A stretch of DNA of 64,000 bases from Anaerolineae bacterium (GTDB taxonomy: Bacteria > Chloroflexota > Anaerolineae > S140-20), in NCBI GenBank assembly GCA_027021705.1, contig JALUTT010000099.1, positions 1 to 64,000 on the forward strand, written 5' to 3'. Each line of letters opens with the position of its first letter. Positions within the stretch are counted from its first letter, which is position 1. The notes below the pieces were generated by a model. The model made no database searches and was not told the DNA's origin. It saw nothing but the letters and a program-made list of their open reading frames with translations. Of the stretch, positions 19,103-31,706 are shown piece by piece. The position numbers were made by a program, and so were the translations under genes.

Positions 19103-20830
19103 ATGGTGCTGCGGATTGCTCTGGCCCAGATCAACGTGATGGTCGGCGACATCGAGGGCAACACCCAACGGGTGCTGGAGGCCATTGAGCGGGCGCGATC
19201 GGTGCAGGCCGACCTGGTCGTCTTCCCCGAACTGGTCATCCCCGGCTACCCCCCCGAAGACCTGCTCTTCAAGGTCGCCTTCCTGCGGGCGAACCGAGCG
19301 GCCGTCGAAGCGATCGCCCCGGCCACGCGGGGGCTGACGGCCCTGGTCGGCTTCGCCGACTTCGACGACGACATCTACAACGCCGCCGCCGTGCTCCACG
19401 ATGGGGCGCTGGCCGGCGTCTACCGCAAACACTACCTGCCCACCTACAGCGTCTTCGACGAGGACCGCTACTTCCGGGCCGGCTCGGAGAACCTGGTCTT
19501 CGTCCGCGACGGGGTGATCGTCGGGGTCAGCATCTGCGAGGACATCTGGTATCCCGCCGGCCCCCCGGAGGTCCAGGCGGTGGACGGTGGTGCCCACCTG
19601 CTGGTCAACCTCTCCGCCTCCCCCTACCACATCGGCAAGGGGGCCTTCCGAGAGCGGATGCTGGCCACCCGGGCGGCCGACAACGAGGCCTTCGTCGCCT
19701 TCTGCAACCTGGTGGGCGGTCAGGACGAGCTGGTCTTCGACGGGGAGAGCTTCCTCTTCGACCCCCGGGGGGAGCTGATCGCCCGGGGCGCCCAGTTCGA
19801 GGAGGACTTCATCGTCGCCGACCTGGAGATCGGAGCCGTCTTCCGCCAGCGGCTACACGACCCCCGCCAACGGAAGGAGCGGACGGCCGGCCGCGTGACC
19901 GTCATCCCCCTCTCCCCCCTTCCTTCCCCGGAAGCGGACCGGGAACCCCTCTCCCCCCCTCCCCCCGCACCCCGTCTCGACCGGCTGGAGGAGGTCTACC
20001 GGGCGCTGGTGCTGGGCACCCGCGACTACGTGCGCAAGAACGGCTTCCGGCAGGTTGTCATCGGCCTGTCGGGGGGCATAGACTCCTCCTTGGTCGCCTG
20101 CATCGCCGCCGACGCTCTAGGGCCGGAGAACGTGACCGGCGTCTCGATGCCTTCCCGCTACTCGGCCGAGATGAGCCGCACCGACGCCGCGCGGCTGGCC
20201 GACAACCTGGGCATCCACTTCCTCGTCATCCCCATTGAGCCCATCTTCCAGAGCTACCTGGAGACCCTGGCCGACCCCTTTGCCGGCCTCCAGCCCGACG
20301 TCACCGAGGAGAACATCCAGGCCCGCATCCGAGGCAACCTGCTGATGGCCCTCTCCAACAAGTTCGGCTGGCTGGTGCTGACCACGGGCAACAAGAGCGA
20401 GATGAGCGTCGGCTACGCCACCCTCTACGGCGATATGGCCGGCGGCTTCGCCGTCATCAAGGACGTGCCCAAGACGCTGGTCTACGAGCTGGCCCGCTGG
20501 CGCAACGCCCGCCCCGACGGCCCCGTCATCCCGGAGCGGGTGCTGACCCGCCCGCCCTCGGCCGAGCTGCGCCCCGACCAGAAGGACACCGACTCGCTGC
20601 CCCCCTACGAGGTGCTGGACCCCATCCTCCACGCCTATGTGGAAGAAGACCGGTCGCTGGAGGAGATCATGGCCTTGGGGTATCCGGAGGAGCTGGTGGA
20701 GGAGGTGATCCGTATGGTAGACCGCAGCGAGTACAAGCGCCGCCAGGCCCCGCCGGGGGTGCGCATCACCCGCCGCGCCTTCGGCAAGGACCGCCGGCTG
20801 CCCATCACCAACCGCTGGTCACGGGGATAG
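19103..20830 (+). CDS. nadE: Glutamine-dependent NAD+ synthetase
   Basis: Nitrilase domain (FPEL, ICEDIW) plus GLSGGIDS, ENIQARIR, PSAELRPDQKD. Confidence 0.95.
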   Translation: MVLRIALAQINVMVGDIEGNTQRVLEAIERARSVQADLVVFPELVIPGYPPEDLLFKVAFLRANRAAVEAIAPATRGLTALVGFADFDDDIYNAAAVLHDGALAGVYRKHYLPTYSVFDEDRYFRAGSENLVFVRDGVIVGVSICEDIWYPAGPPEVQAVDGGAHLLVNLSASPYHIGKGAFRERMLATRAADNEAFVAFCNLVGGQDELVFDGESFLFDPRGELIARGAQFEEDFIVADLEIGAVFRQRLHDPRQRKERTAGRVTVIPLSPLPSPEADREPLSPPPPAPRLDRLEEVYRALVLGTRDYVRKNGFRQVVIGLSGGIDSSLVACIAADALGPENVTGVSMPSRYSAEMSRTDAARLADNLGIHFLVIPIEPIFQSYLETLADPFAGLQPDVTEENIQARIRGNLLMALSNKFGWLVLTTGNKSEMSVGYATLYGDMAGGFAVIKDVPKTLVYELARWRNARPDGPVIPERVLTRPPSAELRPDQKDTDSLPPYEVLDPILHAYVEEDRSLEEIMALGYPEELVEEVIRMVDRSEYKRRQAPPGVRITRRAFGKDRRLPITNRWSRG

Positions 20831-20834
20831 CCCT

Positions 20835-21947
20835 CTACCCCTCGACGCCCTCTACCGCCTGCAGGGGCAGGAAGCCCTGACCCAGGACCTCCTGCACCGG
20901 CGAGACGATGACGAAGGCGTGGGGGTCCTCATCGCCGACCAGGGCCTTGAGCTGCGGAACCTCGGTGACGGTCAGGGCACACATCAGGACGGCGTGGGCC
21001 TGCCCGGTGTACATCCCGGTGCCGGTCAGCGCGGTCACCCCCCGCCGCATGTCGCGCAAAATGCGGTCGGCGATGGCCTGGGCCCGGTCGGTGACGATGA
21101 AGGCCAGAAACTGCCGGCGACGCCGGCTGGGTCGAAGCCGGGCATCCCACCGACCGGAGGACCGGTGTTGGGGGGCAGTCCCATTCCCAAGCCCGTCGGG
21201 CAGCGGCACCAAGGCGTAGCGAGGCAGGACCTCGCCGGTCGCGTGCTGGAGCCCTACCGTGAGCAGGCCGATCAGCATCAGGAGGCCGTTGAAGATCACC
21301 CCCACCGTCAGGACCAGCCAGCCGGGCAGCCCGCCGATGGCCCCTCGGGCGATCAGTTCCGACCAGGAGGTCGCCACAGTGGGGTGCAGCAGGACCTTCG
21401 CCAGCCAGGCCAACCCCAGCACCAGGTAGATCCACATGTAGTTGCGCCGGTAACGCCGTCCGAAGGCTTCCCACATCGAGATGGGGAAGTCGGGGTGCAG
21501 CAGGTTCTCGGCCAGGCTCTCGGCCCAGTCGGGAGCCGGACGGAAAGGAGGCACCAGCATCGCGCCGAAGAAGTCCGTCTCCATCAGCCGCACCCGGTAG
21601 CTCCACAGCTCGTAGTAGCGGTAGCGGCGGGCCTCGATGAACAGGAAGAGGGTGACCAACAGCGTGTTCAGGATGATGACGCTGTGGTGACCAAGGCTCT
21701 GGCTGAAGGCGAAGGTGATGGTCGCTCCGGTGGTGACGACGGCCCAGTTGGTGGTGGCGTCCAGCCGCTGCCGCCAGACATTGGCCCGGGTGATCTCGGC
21801 CCGGAAGAGGTGGACCATCGCCGTGGTGAACTCGCTGGGCCGCAGCCGGTAGCCCCGGTAGGTCCACACCGGCTCCGTCTCTGCTCCGCGTCCTCGCTTC
21901 TGCTCTCGGCTCTCCTCCTTCAGTGCCATTGTGCCGCTGGTGACCAT
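20835..21947 (-). CDS. DUF2270 membrane domain fused to a C-terminal DUF2179-like domain
   Basis: WRQRLDATTNWAV and EARRYR motifs; C-terminal RGVT...G.GMYTG...DPHAF...V.EVLGQGF. Confidence 0.75.
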   Translation of the reverse strand: MVTSGTMALKEESREQKRGRGAETEPVWTYRGYRLRPSEFTTAMVHLFRAEITRANVWRQRLDATTNWAVVTTGATITFAFSQSLGHHSVIILNTLLVTLFLFIEARRYRYYELWSYRVRLMETDFFGAMLVPPFRPAPDWAESLAENLLHPDFPISMWEAFGRRYRRNYMWIYLVLGLAWLAKVLLHPTVATSWSELIARGAIGGLPGWLVLTVGVIFNGLLMLIGLLTVGLQHATGEVLPRYALVPLPDGLGNGTAPQHRSSGRWDARLRPSRRRRQFLAFIVTDRAQAIADRILRDMRRGVTALTGTGMYTGQAHAVLMCALTVTEVPQLKALVGDEDPHAFVIVSPVQEVLGQGFLPLQAVEGVEG

Positions 21948-21957
21948 CCGATCGCCG

Positions 21958-24729
<2,772 letters not shown>

Positions 24730-24769
24730 CCCAACCTCCCATCCCACGGGTTACGCGGTACGTGTTCCC

Positions 24770-24853
24770 TGCAACCTGCAACTTGCCCCTTGCAACTTGC
24801 CCCCTGCCCCCTGCCCCTTGCAACTTGCAACTTGCAACTTGCAACTTGCCCCC
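24770..24853. repeat. Tandem heptamer array (TGCAACY/TGCCCCY) x12
   Basis: 12 consecutive 7-bp units read directly. Confidence 0.95.
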
Positions 24854-26428
24854 TCAACTATTCGGCACGTGCTGGGGAGCCATAACAAAAGCCCACTCAT
24901 AGGCCAGCAGGCCGGCGAGGGTGAGCAGGGCGGCCAGGCCCAGGGCGATAGGCACCCCTCCCCCCAGGGCGATCAGCAGCAGCGGCAGCCCCATCCCCAG
25001 CAATAAGCTGCCCCAGTAGTGCCGCCGGTAGGGGCCGTGGGTGATGAGGTGGGCGGCGGCGGCGGCAACGCTGCTGGCGTGGAGGACGGCGAACTCCCCG
25101 CCCAGGGTGATGGCCAGGTTGACCAGCAACCCTCCGGCCAGGCTCCGGCGCAGGACGGTGAGGGCGGGGGCCGGCGGGTTGAAGGCGAGGGCCAGCAGGA
25201 GGAGGGTCGCGGCGCCGGCCGTCAGCCCCTGGACGAAGAGGTGCCAGGAGAGCAGGGGGCTCTGCCACAGGTCTCGCCCTTCGGCCTGGGCGAAGAGGAA
25301 GGCGGTGTAGACGGCCGAGAGCCCGGCCAGGAGGACGCCGGCCCAGGTCAGCAGCGGGTGGGTGAGCGGTGGCACCCGCAGCAGGTGGCCCAGGAACCAG
25401 AGCCCGCCCACCGCCGAGAAGCCGATCAGGATGAAGGCCCCCCGGGCCAGCCAGGAGCGCCACTGGGGGCGGATCAGGATGGTCCAGAAGCGCTCCGGGC
25501 GCTCCAGGTCCCACACCAGCAGGCCGGTGGTCAGGCCGACGAAGAGGAGGGCGACGAAGGCGGCGACGGTGGTGAAGAGGGGGATGGCGGGGAGGAGGCC
25601 CAGGGCGACACCGGCCGCAGCCAGGATGAAGGTACCCGTGCCGATGGCCTTGGTGGTCAGGTAGGCGGGCACCTGCCAGTGCCAGGGGATCTTGTGGGCG
25701 ACGTTGTAGACCTCGCGGGGCCGGGCCGCCGAGGCCACCAGCGCATCGGCCATCCGGTGGGGGCTGATCTGGATGGGGCCGCGCCAGCCGTCGTGGGGGT
25801 TGCCGGCCCCGTCGTGGGCCAGGGCCGGGTGCTCCGCCCACAGCATCCGTCCGTCGGTCTGGGCGGCCATCGGCACGATGGCGCTCTCCTCGGCCTCGAT
25901 GTAGAAGAGCTTGGGGCGGGTGCCCTGCTCCGGCTTGCGCACCCGGACGCGCTGGGAGGCCAGCAGGCGGGCCACCTCGCCGTCGGGGTCGTCCAGGTCG
26001 CCGACGATGATGGCCTGTTCCGGGCAGACGACGACGCAGGCCGGGGCCAACCCCATCTCGATGCGGTGGGCGCAGAAGTGACACTTGGCGGCGGTGCGGG
26101 TCTCGGGGTCTATGTAGATCGCGTCGTAGGGGCAAGCCTGCATACAGGCTTTGCAGCCGATGCAGCGGGCCGGGTCGAACTCGACGATGCCGTCAGACCG
26201 CTGGTACATCGCGGCCACCGGGCAGATGCGCACGCAGGGCGGGTTGGCGCAGTGGTTGCAGCGGGTCACCTGGAAGAAGCGCCGGGTGTGGGGAAACTGC
26301 CCCTTCTCGACGTACTTCACCCAGGTGCGGTAGACGCCCAGGGGCACGTTGTTCTCCGCCTTGCAGACCGTGGAACAGGCGTGACAGCCGATGCACTTGC
26401 GGTGGTCAATGACGAAGGCCAGGTTCAT
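24854..26428 (-). CDS. Fused 4Fe-4S (PsrB/NrfC-like) and NrfD/PsrC-like membrane anchor subunit
   Basis: CIGCHAC, CNHCANPPCV..CP, CIGCKACMQACPY, KCHFC; then DLERPERF, SWLARGA and multiple TMs. Confidence 0.9.
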   Translation of the reverse strand: MNLAFVIDHRKCIGCHACSTVCKAENNVPLGVYRTWVKYVEKGQFPHTRRFFQVTRCNHCANPPCVRICPVAAMYQRSDGIVEFDPARCIGCKACMQACPYDAIYIDPETRTAAKCHFCAHRIEMGLAPACVVVCPEQAIIVGDLDDPDGEVARLLASQRVRVRKPEQGTRPKLFYIEAEESAIVPMAAQTDGRMLWAEHPALAHDGAGNPHDGWRGPIQISPHRMADALVASAARPREVYNVAHKIPWHWQVPAYLTTKAIGTGTFILAAAGVALGLLPAIPLFTTVAAFVALLFVGLTTGLLVWDLERPERFWTILIRPQWRSWLARGAFILIGFSAVGGLWFLGHLLRVPPLTHPLLTWAGVLLAGLSAVYTAFLFAQAEGRDLWQSPLLSWHLFVQGLTAGAATLLLLALAFNPPAPALTVLRRSLAGGLLVNLAITLGGEFAVLHASSVAAAAAHLITHGPYRRHYWGSLLLGMGLPLLLIALGGGVPIALGLAALLTLAGLLAYEWAFVMAPQHVPNS

Positions 26429-26494
26429 CGCTCCCCCTGCAGAAACCGTTCCCGGCCCGCCGGATCGCAGACCCGGCGGGAACGAAGACCGCGT

Positions 26495-27565
26495 TCACCG
26501 GCTCGTCGCCGTCAGGACCGCCGTGGCGAAGTCGTCGGGGGCGACGCCGGGAGACTGGATGCGCAGCGCCCGGTAGACCTCCTGGAAGCGGGCGGTCAGC
26601 GCCTCGCGGGTGACGCTCAGCCCCCGGGCGGCCTGCTCCAGCGCCCCAACGGCGAAGGCCGGCAGCAGCGTGAAGTCCCCCGAGATCACCAGATCGTCTA
26701 TCCGCTTCTCCCGCAACCGCACCGTCACGCGGATCAACCCGCCGGGGGCCTTGAAAGCGGCCTCGACCACCCGCACGTCGGCGTGAATCTTCACCCCGAT
26801 CTGGCGCAGCCCGCCCTTCTGGTAGAGCCACTCGTCGGAGACGAACCGGGCATCCAGCTCCTGGGCGGCCGCCTCCTCAGCCTCCGTCCACTCGCCCGGC
26901 ACGACCTCTACGCCTAGGGCCTCGGCGCAGCGGGCGACGTAGAGCGCCTTCACCTCCTCCCGGTCCGGTACCTCCCCCAGCTCCTCCGCCATCGTCGTCA
27001 TGTACCGCTCCAGGCTCTCGAAGACCTTGTCCCGCATCTTCTCCGACGGAACCTTGAGCACCCGGGCCATCGTCGCCTTGTCGAAGGTGAACATCAGGCT
27101 GCCGACGACCACCTCGGCCTGGCCGATCTGAGCCGCCCCGGTGCCGCCGATCTTCTTGCCGTCCACGTGGATGTCGTTGATGGGCCGGTGGTAGACGGCG
27201 ATGCCCAGGGCGCGGTAGGTCTCCACCAGGGGGCGGATGTAGAGCTCAAACCGCTCCTCCAGGGAGGCCGGCAGGCGATCCCGGTGGAAGATCCACTGGG
27301 TGAAGACCTGCCCGTCGTCCAAGTAGACGGCCCCACCGCCCACCTCCCGACGCAGGACGGGGAGGTCGTGGGCCCGGCAGTAGTCCAGGTCCACCTCCTT
27401 CTCCAGGTCCTGGTGGTAGCCGATGCAGACGTAGGGGCGGTTGGGGCTGACCAGGATGATGGTGTCGGGGGTCTCCTCCGTCATCGCGTAGGCGACGGCG
27501 TGGTAGACGGTCTGGGAACGGAGCGGTGAGACAGAACCTAGGTCGAGTAAACGGATAGGGTTCAT
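26495..27565 (-). CDS. Lipoate:protein ligase (sLpl(AB)-like)
   Basis: RREVGGGAVYLD, NDI..DGKKIGGTG, KAPGGLIR, ISGDF. Confidence 0.9.
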   Translation of the reverse strand: MNPIRLLDLGSVSPLRSQTVYHAVAYAMTEETPDTIILVSPNRPYVCIGYHQDLEKEVDLDYCRAHDLPVLRREVGGGAVYLDDGQVFTQWIFHRDRLPASLEERFELYIRPLVETYRALGIAVYHRPINDIHVDGKKIGGTGAAQIGQAEVVVGSLMFTFDKATMARVLKVPSEKMRDKVFESLERYMTTMAEELGEVPDREEVKALYVARCAEALGVEVVPGEWTEAEEAAAQELDARFVSDEWLYQKGGLRQIGVKIHADVRVVEAAFKAPGGLIRVTVRLREKRIDDLVISGDFTLLPAFAVGALEQAARGLSVTREALTARFQEVYRALRIQSPGVAPDDFATAVLTATSR

Positions 27566-27593
27566 AGCTACCTCCAGAGATGACCGCGGTCGT

Positions 27594-28040
27594 TCACCCC
27601 ACACATCGAAAACACCGCACCCCCAACTCGTCAATGCGGGCCATGTACCGGCGCACGGCCTCCTCACCAGTGACCAGGTGGCCTCCCTCGGCCTCCAGAT
27701 CGAGGGGGCGCACCTTGACCAACCAGCCCGCGCCGTAGGGGTCCTTGTTGGCCAGCAGGATGTCCTGGGCAAAGGCCGCCTCGTTGGTCTCAACAATCTC
27801 GGCGGTGAAGGGAGCGGGGAAAGGCCCCACCCACTTGCCGCTTTCGAGGGTCGCCAACGCCCGGCCCTGCCGCACCACCCGCCCCACCCGCTTGAAGCGG
27901 ACGGCCACCAGCTTGCCGCAGCGGGTCTGGGCGGCATCGGTCATCCCCAGGACGGCGATCTCCCCCTCGAAGCGGATCCAGACATCCCGGTCCACGTCGT
28001 AGTAAAGTTCTTCAGGGATGGCACAGCCGTAGTAGATCAT
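27594..28040 (-). CDS. lbpA: Lipoate-binding protein (GcvH-like), copy 3
   Basis: LESGKWVGP lipoyl-Lys motif, N-terminal Cys and C-terminal CFRC. Confidence 0.82.
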   Translation of the reverse strand: MIYYGCAIPEELYYDVDRDVWIRFEGEIAVLGMTDAAQTRCGKLVAVRFKRVGRVVRQGRALATLESGKWVGPFPAPFTAEIVETNEAAFAQDILLANKDPYGAGWLVKVRPLDLEAEGGHLVTGEEAVRRYMARIDELGVRCFRCVG

Positions 28041-28057
28041 GCCGTGTTGCGTGCGCC

Positions 28058-28495
28058 TCAGGCGCAGGAGATGCCTTCGGACTCCAGGAACCGGCGGTAG
28101 GCTTCGACCCCCTCGGCGCCGGTCACCAGGTCCTTGCTCTCCGTCTCCCAGTCGGCGGGCTTGATGCGGGCGAACCAGCCGGCCCCGTAGGGGTCCTCGT
28201 TGATCAGGCCGGGGTTGGCCTTCAACGTCTCGTTCACGGCCACGATCTCCCCCGTGACGGGGGTGGTGACCGGACCGACCCACTTGCCGCTCTCCAGCGT
28301 GCCGGCGCTCCGCCCGCGCTTCAGCTTCCGCCCCACCTTCTTGGGCGTGACGTTGATGATACCCTTGGCCAGGTGCTGGGCCACGTCGGTGATGCCGATG
28401 GTGACGGTGCCGTCCTCCTCGGGGCGGGCCCAGACGTGCTTCTCCGGCCAGTAGTAGAGGTCCTCGGGAATGTGACAGTTGTTGATCTCGGCCAT
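28058..28495 (-). CDS. lbpA: Lipoate-binding protein (GcvH-like), copy 2
   Basis: LESGKWVGP, N-terminal C..PEDLYY and C-terminal Cys. Confidence 0.88.
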   Translation of the reverse strand: MAEINNCHIPEDLYYWPEKHVWARPEEDGTVTIGITDVAQHLAKGIINVTPKKVGRKLKRGRSAGTLESGKWVGPVTTPVTGEIVAVNETLKANPGLINEDPYGAGWFARIKPADWETESKDLVTGAEGVEAYRRFLESEGISCA

Positions 28496-28509
28496 CAGGT
28501 ACTCCTTGT

Positions 28510-28597
28510 CTCACGCTTCACGTTTTACGGCCTCACGCTTCACGTTTTACGCCCTCACGCTTCACGTTCTACGGCCTCACGCTTCACGTTTTACGCC
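28510..28597. repeat. Tandem 22-bp array x4 built from CACG/TACG heptamers
   Basis: ctcacgcttcacgttttacg(g/c)c repeated four times with minor variation. Confidence 0.95.
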
Positions 28598-28752
28598 TCG
28601 ACTCCAAAACCGTGCTCGCCCTGAAGGTGGTAGAGGAGCAAGTCGAAGTGGGCCTCGGCCAGATGGGCGTGGACGGCCATCCGCGTTCCGGCGAAAGCAC
28701 AGTAAGGACAGGAAAAAGCCACGCTCACGCCCCGCCTTTCGCACCTCGCGCC

Positions 28753-30750
28753 CTACACCCCACAGGCCTCCGCCACCAGCCGCGCGATGTCCACTACCTC
28801 GATCTTCCCCTCGTACCCCGTCGTCTTCACCGCGTCGCTGTACATTGCCATATCCTTGGGGCAGGCGACGACGAAGTACCGGAGGTCCTCGCCCAGGGCG
28901 GCGGCCTCACGGATGCGTTGTTCGCTGGGGCGCTCCCCCGTCGCCGTGTCCATCCAGATGCGTCCTCCGCCGGCCCCACAGCAGAAAGTGTTCTCCCGGC
29001 AGCGGGGCATCTCCCGGAAGTCCACGCCCAGGGCCCGCAGGATGCGCCGGGGAGCCTCGATGACGCCGTTGTAGCGGCCCAGGTAGCAGGGATCGTGGTA
29101 GGTGACGACGGCCTCCAGGCGGCGGGCCGGCTTCAGCCGACCCGACTCCAGCAGGTCGGCCAGGACCTCGGTGTAGTGGTAGACGGGAACCTCCAGCCCG
29201 TAGGCCCGGTACTCGTTCTTCAGGGCGTTGTAGGAGTGGGGGTCGGTGGTGACGATGGCCTGAAACTGGGCCTTGCCCAGCACCTCCATGTTGTGCTCGA
29301 CCAGCATCTCGAAGAGCCCTTCCTCCCCCACCCGGCGCACGTCGTTGCCGGCGTTCCGCTCCCCCTCGTAGAGGATGCCGAAATCCAGGCCGGCCCGGTG
29401 GAAGAGCCGGGCTACCGTCTGGGTGTTCTCCTGCATCCGAGGGTCGTAGGAGGCGAAGTCTCCCACGAACCAGAGGTACTCCACGGGCTCCTTGCGGGCG
29501 TCTTTGATCTTGAAGTCCAGCCCCTTCTTCGCCCAGCGGGCCCGTCGGCGGGCCGGCTTGTTGAAGGAATTGCCCTGGCGCATAAAGCTCTCCAGCGCCG
29601 CCTGGAGGTTGGGGTCCAGCTCATCCCCCTGGTAGATGAGGTGACGGCGGATCTCCACGATGTCCAGCATCGGGCGGTTGCCCACCGGGCAGATGTGCAC
29701 GCAGGCGTAGCAGGTGGTGCAGGCCCAGACGGCTTCCTTGGAGATGGCCATCTCCAGGAGCGGCGGCGGGTTCAACTGCCCCGAGGCGAAGGCGGCCAGG
29801 TTTTTGTTGAGGAAGTAGCGCTTGTTGATCTCCAGGGCGGCCGGGCTAAGGACCTGGCCGCTGCTGTGGGCCGGGCAGACGTCCTGGCAGCGGTTGCACA
29901 TAATGCAGGCGTAGGCGTCCAAGAGCTGATACCAGCGCAGGTCCTGGAGGTGCGCGGCCCCCTCCCCGTCGCGGGTGGGTGGGTCCAGCCGGCCCCGGGG
30001 CTGCTCCTCCCGCAGGATCCAGTTGATGGGCGCGATGAAGAGGTGGATGTGCTTGGAGTAGGGGAAGTAGGGCAGGAAGAGGAGGATGAGCCCCAGGGCC
30101 AGCCACCAGGTGACGTGGACGCCGAGGGTGAGGGTCCCCTCGGGGAGGCCGCCGAGGGCGAGGGCGACCAGGCTGGCGGTGGGCTGGGCAGGGTCGGCGC
30201 GACCGGCCTCGGCGATGCGGAAGGCTTGGCCCAGCCAGCGGGAGCCCACGTGCAGGAGGATGAAGAGCCCCACGATGAGGGAGTCGCGGGGGATGCCTCG
30301 GGGCACTTCGGGCCGCAGCAGGACGCCGGGGTTGAAGCGGAAGGGCTTGAGGCCGAAGCGCCGGATGAGCAGGGCGGCCATCCCGATCAGCCCGCCGACG
30401 CTGATCAGGTCGGCGATCAAGTTGTACAGCCCCAGCAGCCCCCCCCGGTGCAGGGTGCTGAAGCCCACGAACCCCTCGGCCAGGTCCAGGATGTTGACCA
30501 GGCCGTAGAAGGTGAAGGCGAAGAAGACAAGGGCGTGGAAGAGGCTGGCCCACGGTCGGGTGCGGAAGATGGGCCGCTGGAGCAGGATGTTCAGGCTGAC
30601 GGGGATCACCCGGCGCAGGAAGAGGCCCAAGGGGGGCGATCCCTCCCCCCGCGCGACGACGCGGTAGATGCGGTAGAAGCCCTGGGCGGCCAGCCCTCCG
30701 CAGACCAGGGCCAGCAGGATGAAGGCGAGGCGTTCCAACGGTGTAAGCAC
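28753..30750 (-). CDS. Membrane Fe-S oxidoreductase, EMO/HdrF/FadF-like (cytochrome b-like + 2x4Fe-4S + CCG)
   Basis: N-terminal TMs with His residues (SKHIH), CIMCNRCQDVCP, CTTCYACVHICP, YHDPCYLGR, CCGAGGG. Confidence 0.88.
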   Translation of the reverse strand: MLTPLERLAFILLALVCGGLAAQGFYRIYRVVARGEGSPPLGLFLRRVIPVSLNILLQRPIFRTRPWASLFHALVFFAFTFYGLVNILDLAEGFVGFSTLHRGGLLGLYNLIADLISVGGLIGMAALLIRRFGLKPFRFNPGVLLRPEVPRGIPRDSLIVGLFILLHVGSRWLGQAFRIAEAGRADPAQPTASLVALALGGLPEGTLTLGVHVTWWLALGLILLFLPYFPYSKHIHLFIAPINWILREEQPRGRLDPPTRDGEGAAHLQDLRWYQLLDAYACIMCNRCQDVCPAHSSGQVLSPAALEINKRYFLNKNLAAFASGQLNPPPLLEMAISKEAVWACTTCYACVHICPVGNRPMLDIVEIRRHLIYQGDELDPNLQAALESFMRQGNSFNKPARRRARWAKKGLDFKIKDARKEPVEYLWFVGDFASYDPRMQENTQTVARLFHRAGLDFGILYEGERNAGNDVRRVGEEGLFEMLVEHNMEVLGKAQFQAIVTTDPHSYNALKNEYRAYGLEVPVYHYTEVLADLLESGRLKPARRLEAVVTYHDPCYLGRYNGVIEAPRRILRALGVDFREMPRCRENTFCCGAGGGRIWMDTATGERPSEQRIREAAALGEDLRYFVVACPKDMAMYSDAVKTTGYEGKIEVVDIARLVAEACGV

Positions 30751-30765
30751 GATCTCCCTCCGTGA

Positions 30766-30847
30766 TTGACGGGGCGTGGGAATCGGGTTATAATGGACAG
30801 GTGCTGGCTGACGACCGAGCGCCGCCTTCCGAGATCATACTCTCGGA
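30766..30847 (+). promoter_or_regulatory. Promoter and operator of the inserted TA-like cassette
   Basis: TTGACG-17 bp-TATAAT (30766-30794); inverted repeat TCCGAGA-N6-TCTCGGA (30828-30847). Confidence 0.75.
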
Positions 30848-30874
30848 TGCTGTAGCCAACGAGGGGAAAGGCCG

Positions 30875-31159
30875 ATGATCATCACGCTTGAGCCAGAGCT
30901 CGAGAGAGCCCTGACCGAAAAGAGCCGTGAATTGAACTCGACGCCGGAGGCGCTCGTGGCCCGGCTCGTCCTGCTCTTTGTGGAAGGCCGGCTGCTCCTC
31001 CCCGAATCGGAACTGGCCGAAGGTATCACCGTGGAAGAGTACCTCCGTCTGACCGATGCCGAGGAAGCCGCTCTGTGGGAGCGCTGGTCTGAAGAAGCCC
31101 GCAAGCAAGTCTCCTCCATCGTTGCCGAGGCCAGTTCCGATGCGCTACCTCCTGGATAA
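30875..31159 (+). CDS. Putative antitoxin
   Basis: Small acidic protein with RHH-like start MIITLEPELERAL, overlapping the next gene. Confidence 0.6.
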   Translation: MIITLEPELERALTEKSRELNSTPEALVARLVLLFVEGRLLLPESELAEGITVEEYLRLTDAEEAALWERWSEEARKQVSSIVAEASSDALPPG

Positions 31160-31706
31160 GAGCGTAGTACGGCGTTGCTTACGCGGGCTGCTCGGCGGTA
31201 CGCTGACCGAGGACGTATGGCAGTCACTGGCCCTCTTCGCCACCCTCCCCGAAGCCTCGCTGTACATCTCTCTGGAAACCTTCCACATCCTTACCCATAT
31301 CGTCAAAGTGCCTCAAAGTCAGTTCCTCGTAGACCGAACTCAGGTCCTGTATCCTGTGCGTTATACCCGACGCTGGGCTAGGCGACTACGGGAGATGAGC
31401 TTCGGGCGTGAGGATGCCTACTTGCTCAGCCTAGCCACTTTCAGCACCGATCGTATCAAGCAAGGCCGCATCCTCGGCGTACACGCCTTCCTTACCTACG
31501 ACGAGCGGATGGTGCGCCAATTCTATGCCCGCCTTCCCCTCATCGAAGTCCGGTTCAAGCGTATGACCGCTCAGCTAGATCCTCCCTACTGCTTTGCCCG
31601 GCTTCCCCGGGTCTGCACCCCCGCAGACGTGCTCTACTGCCGCTATGCCTCCAACGCTTCCAATAAAGCATCGGCTACATCGAAGAGGTCGGCAACCACG
31701 CCGTAG
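31140..31706 (+). CDS. PIN-domain (VapC-like) protein
   Basis: MRYLLDKSV, EDAYLL, FLTYD acidic motifs; 3' end overlaps etfA antisense. Confidence 0.65.
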   Translation: MRYLLDKSVVRRCLRGLLGGTLTEDVWQSLALFATLPEASLYISLETFHILTHIVKVPQSQFLVDRTQVLYPVRYTRRWARRLREMSFGREDAYLLSLATFSTDRIKQGRILGVHAFLTYDERMVRQFYARLPLIEVRFKRMTAQLDPPYCFARLPRVCTPADVLYCRYASNASNKASATSKRSATTP

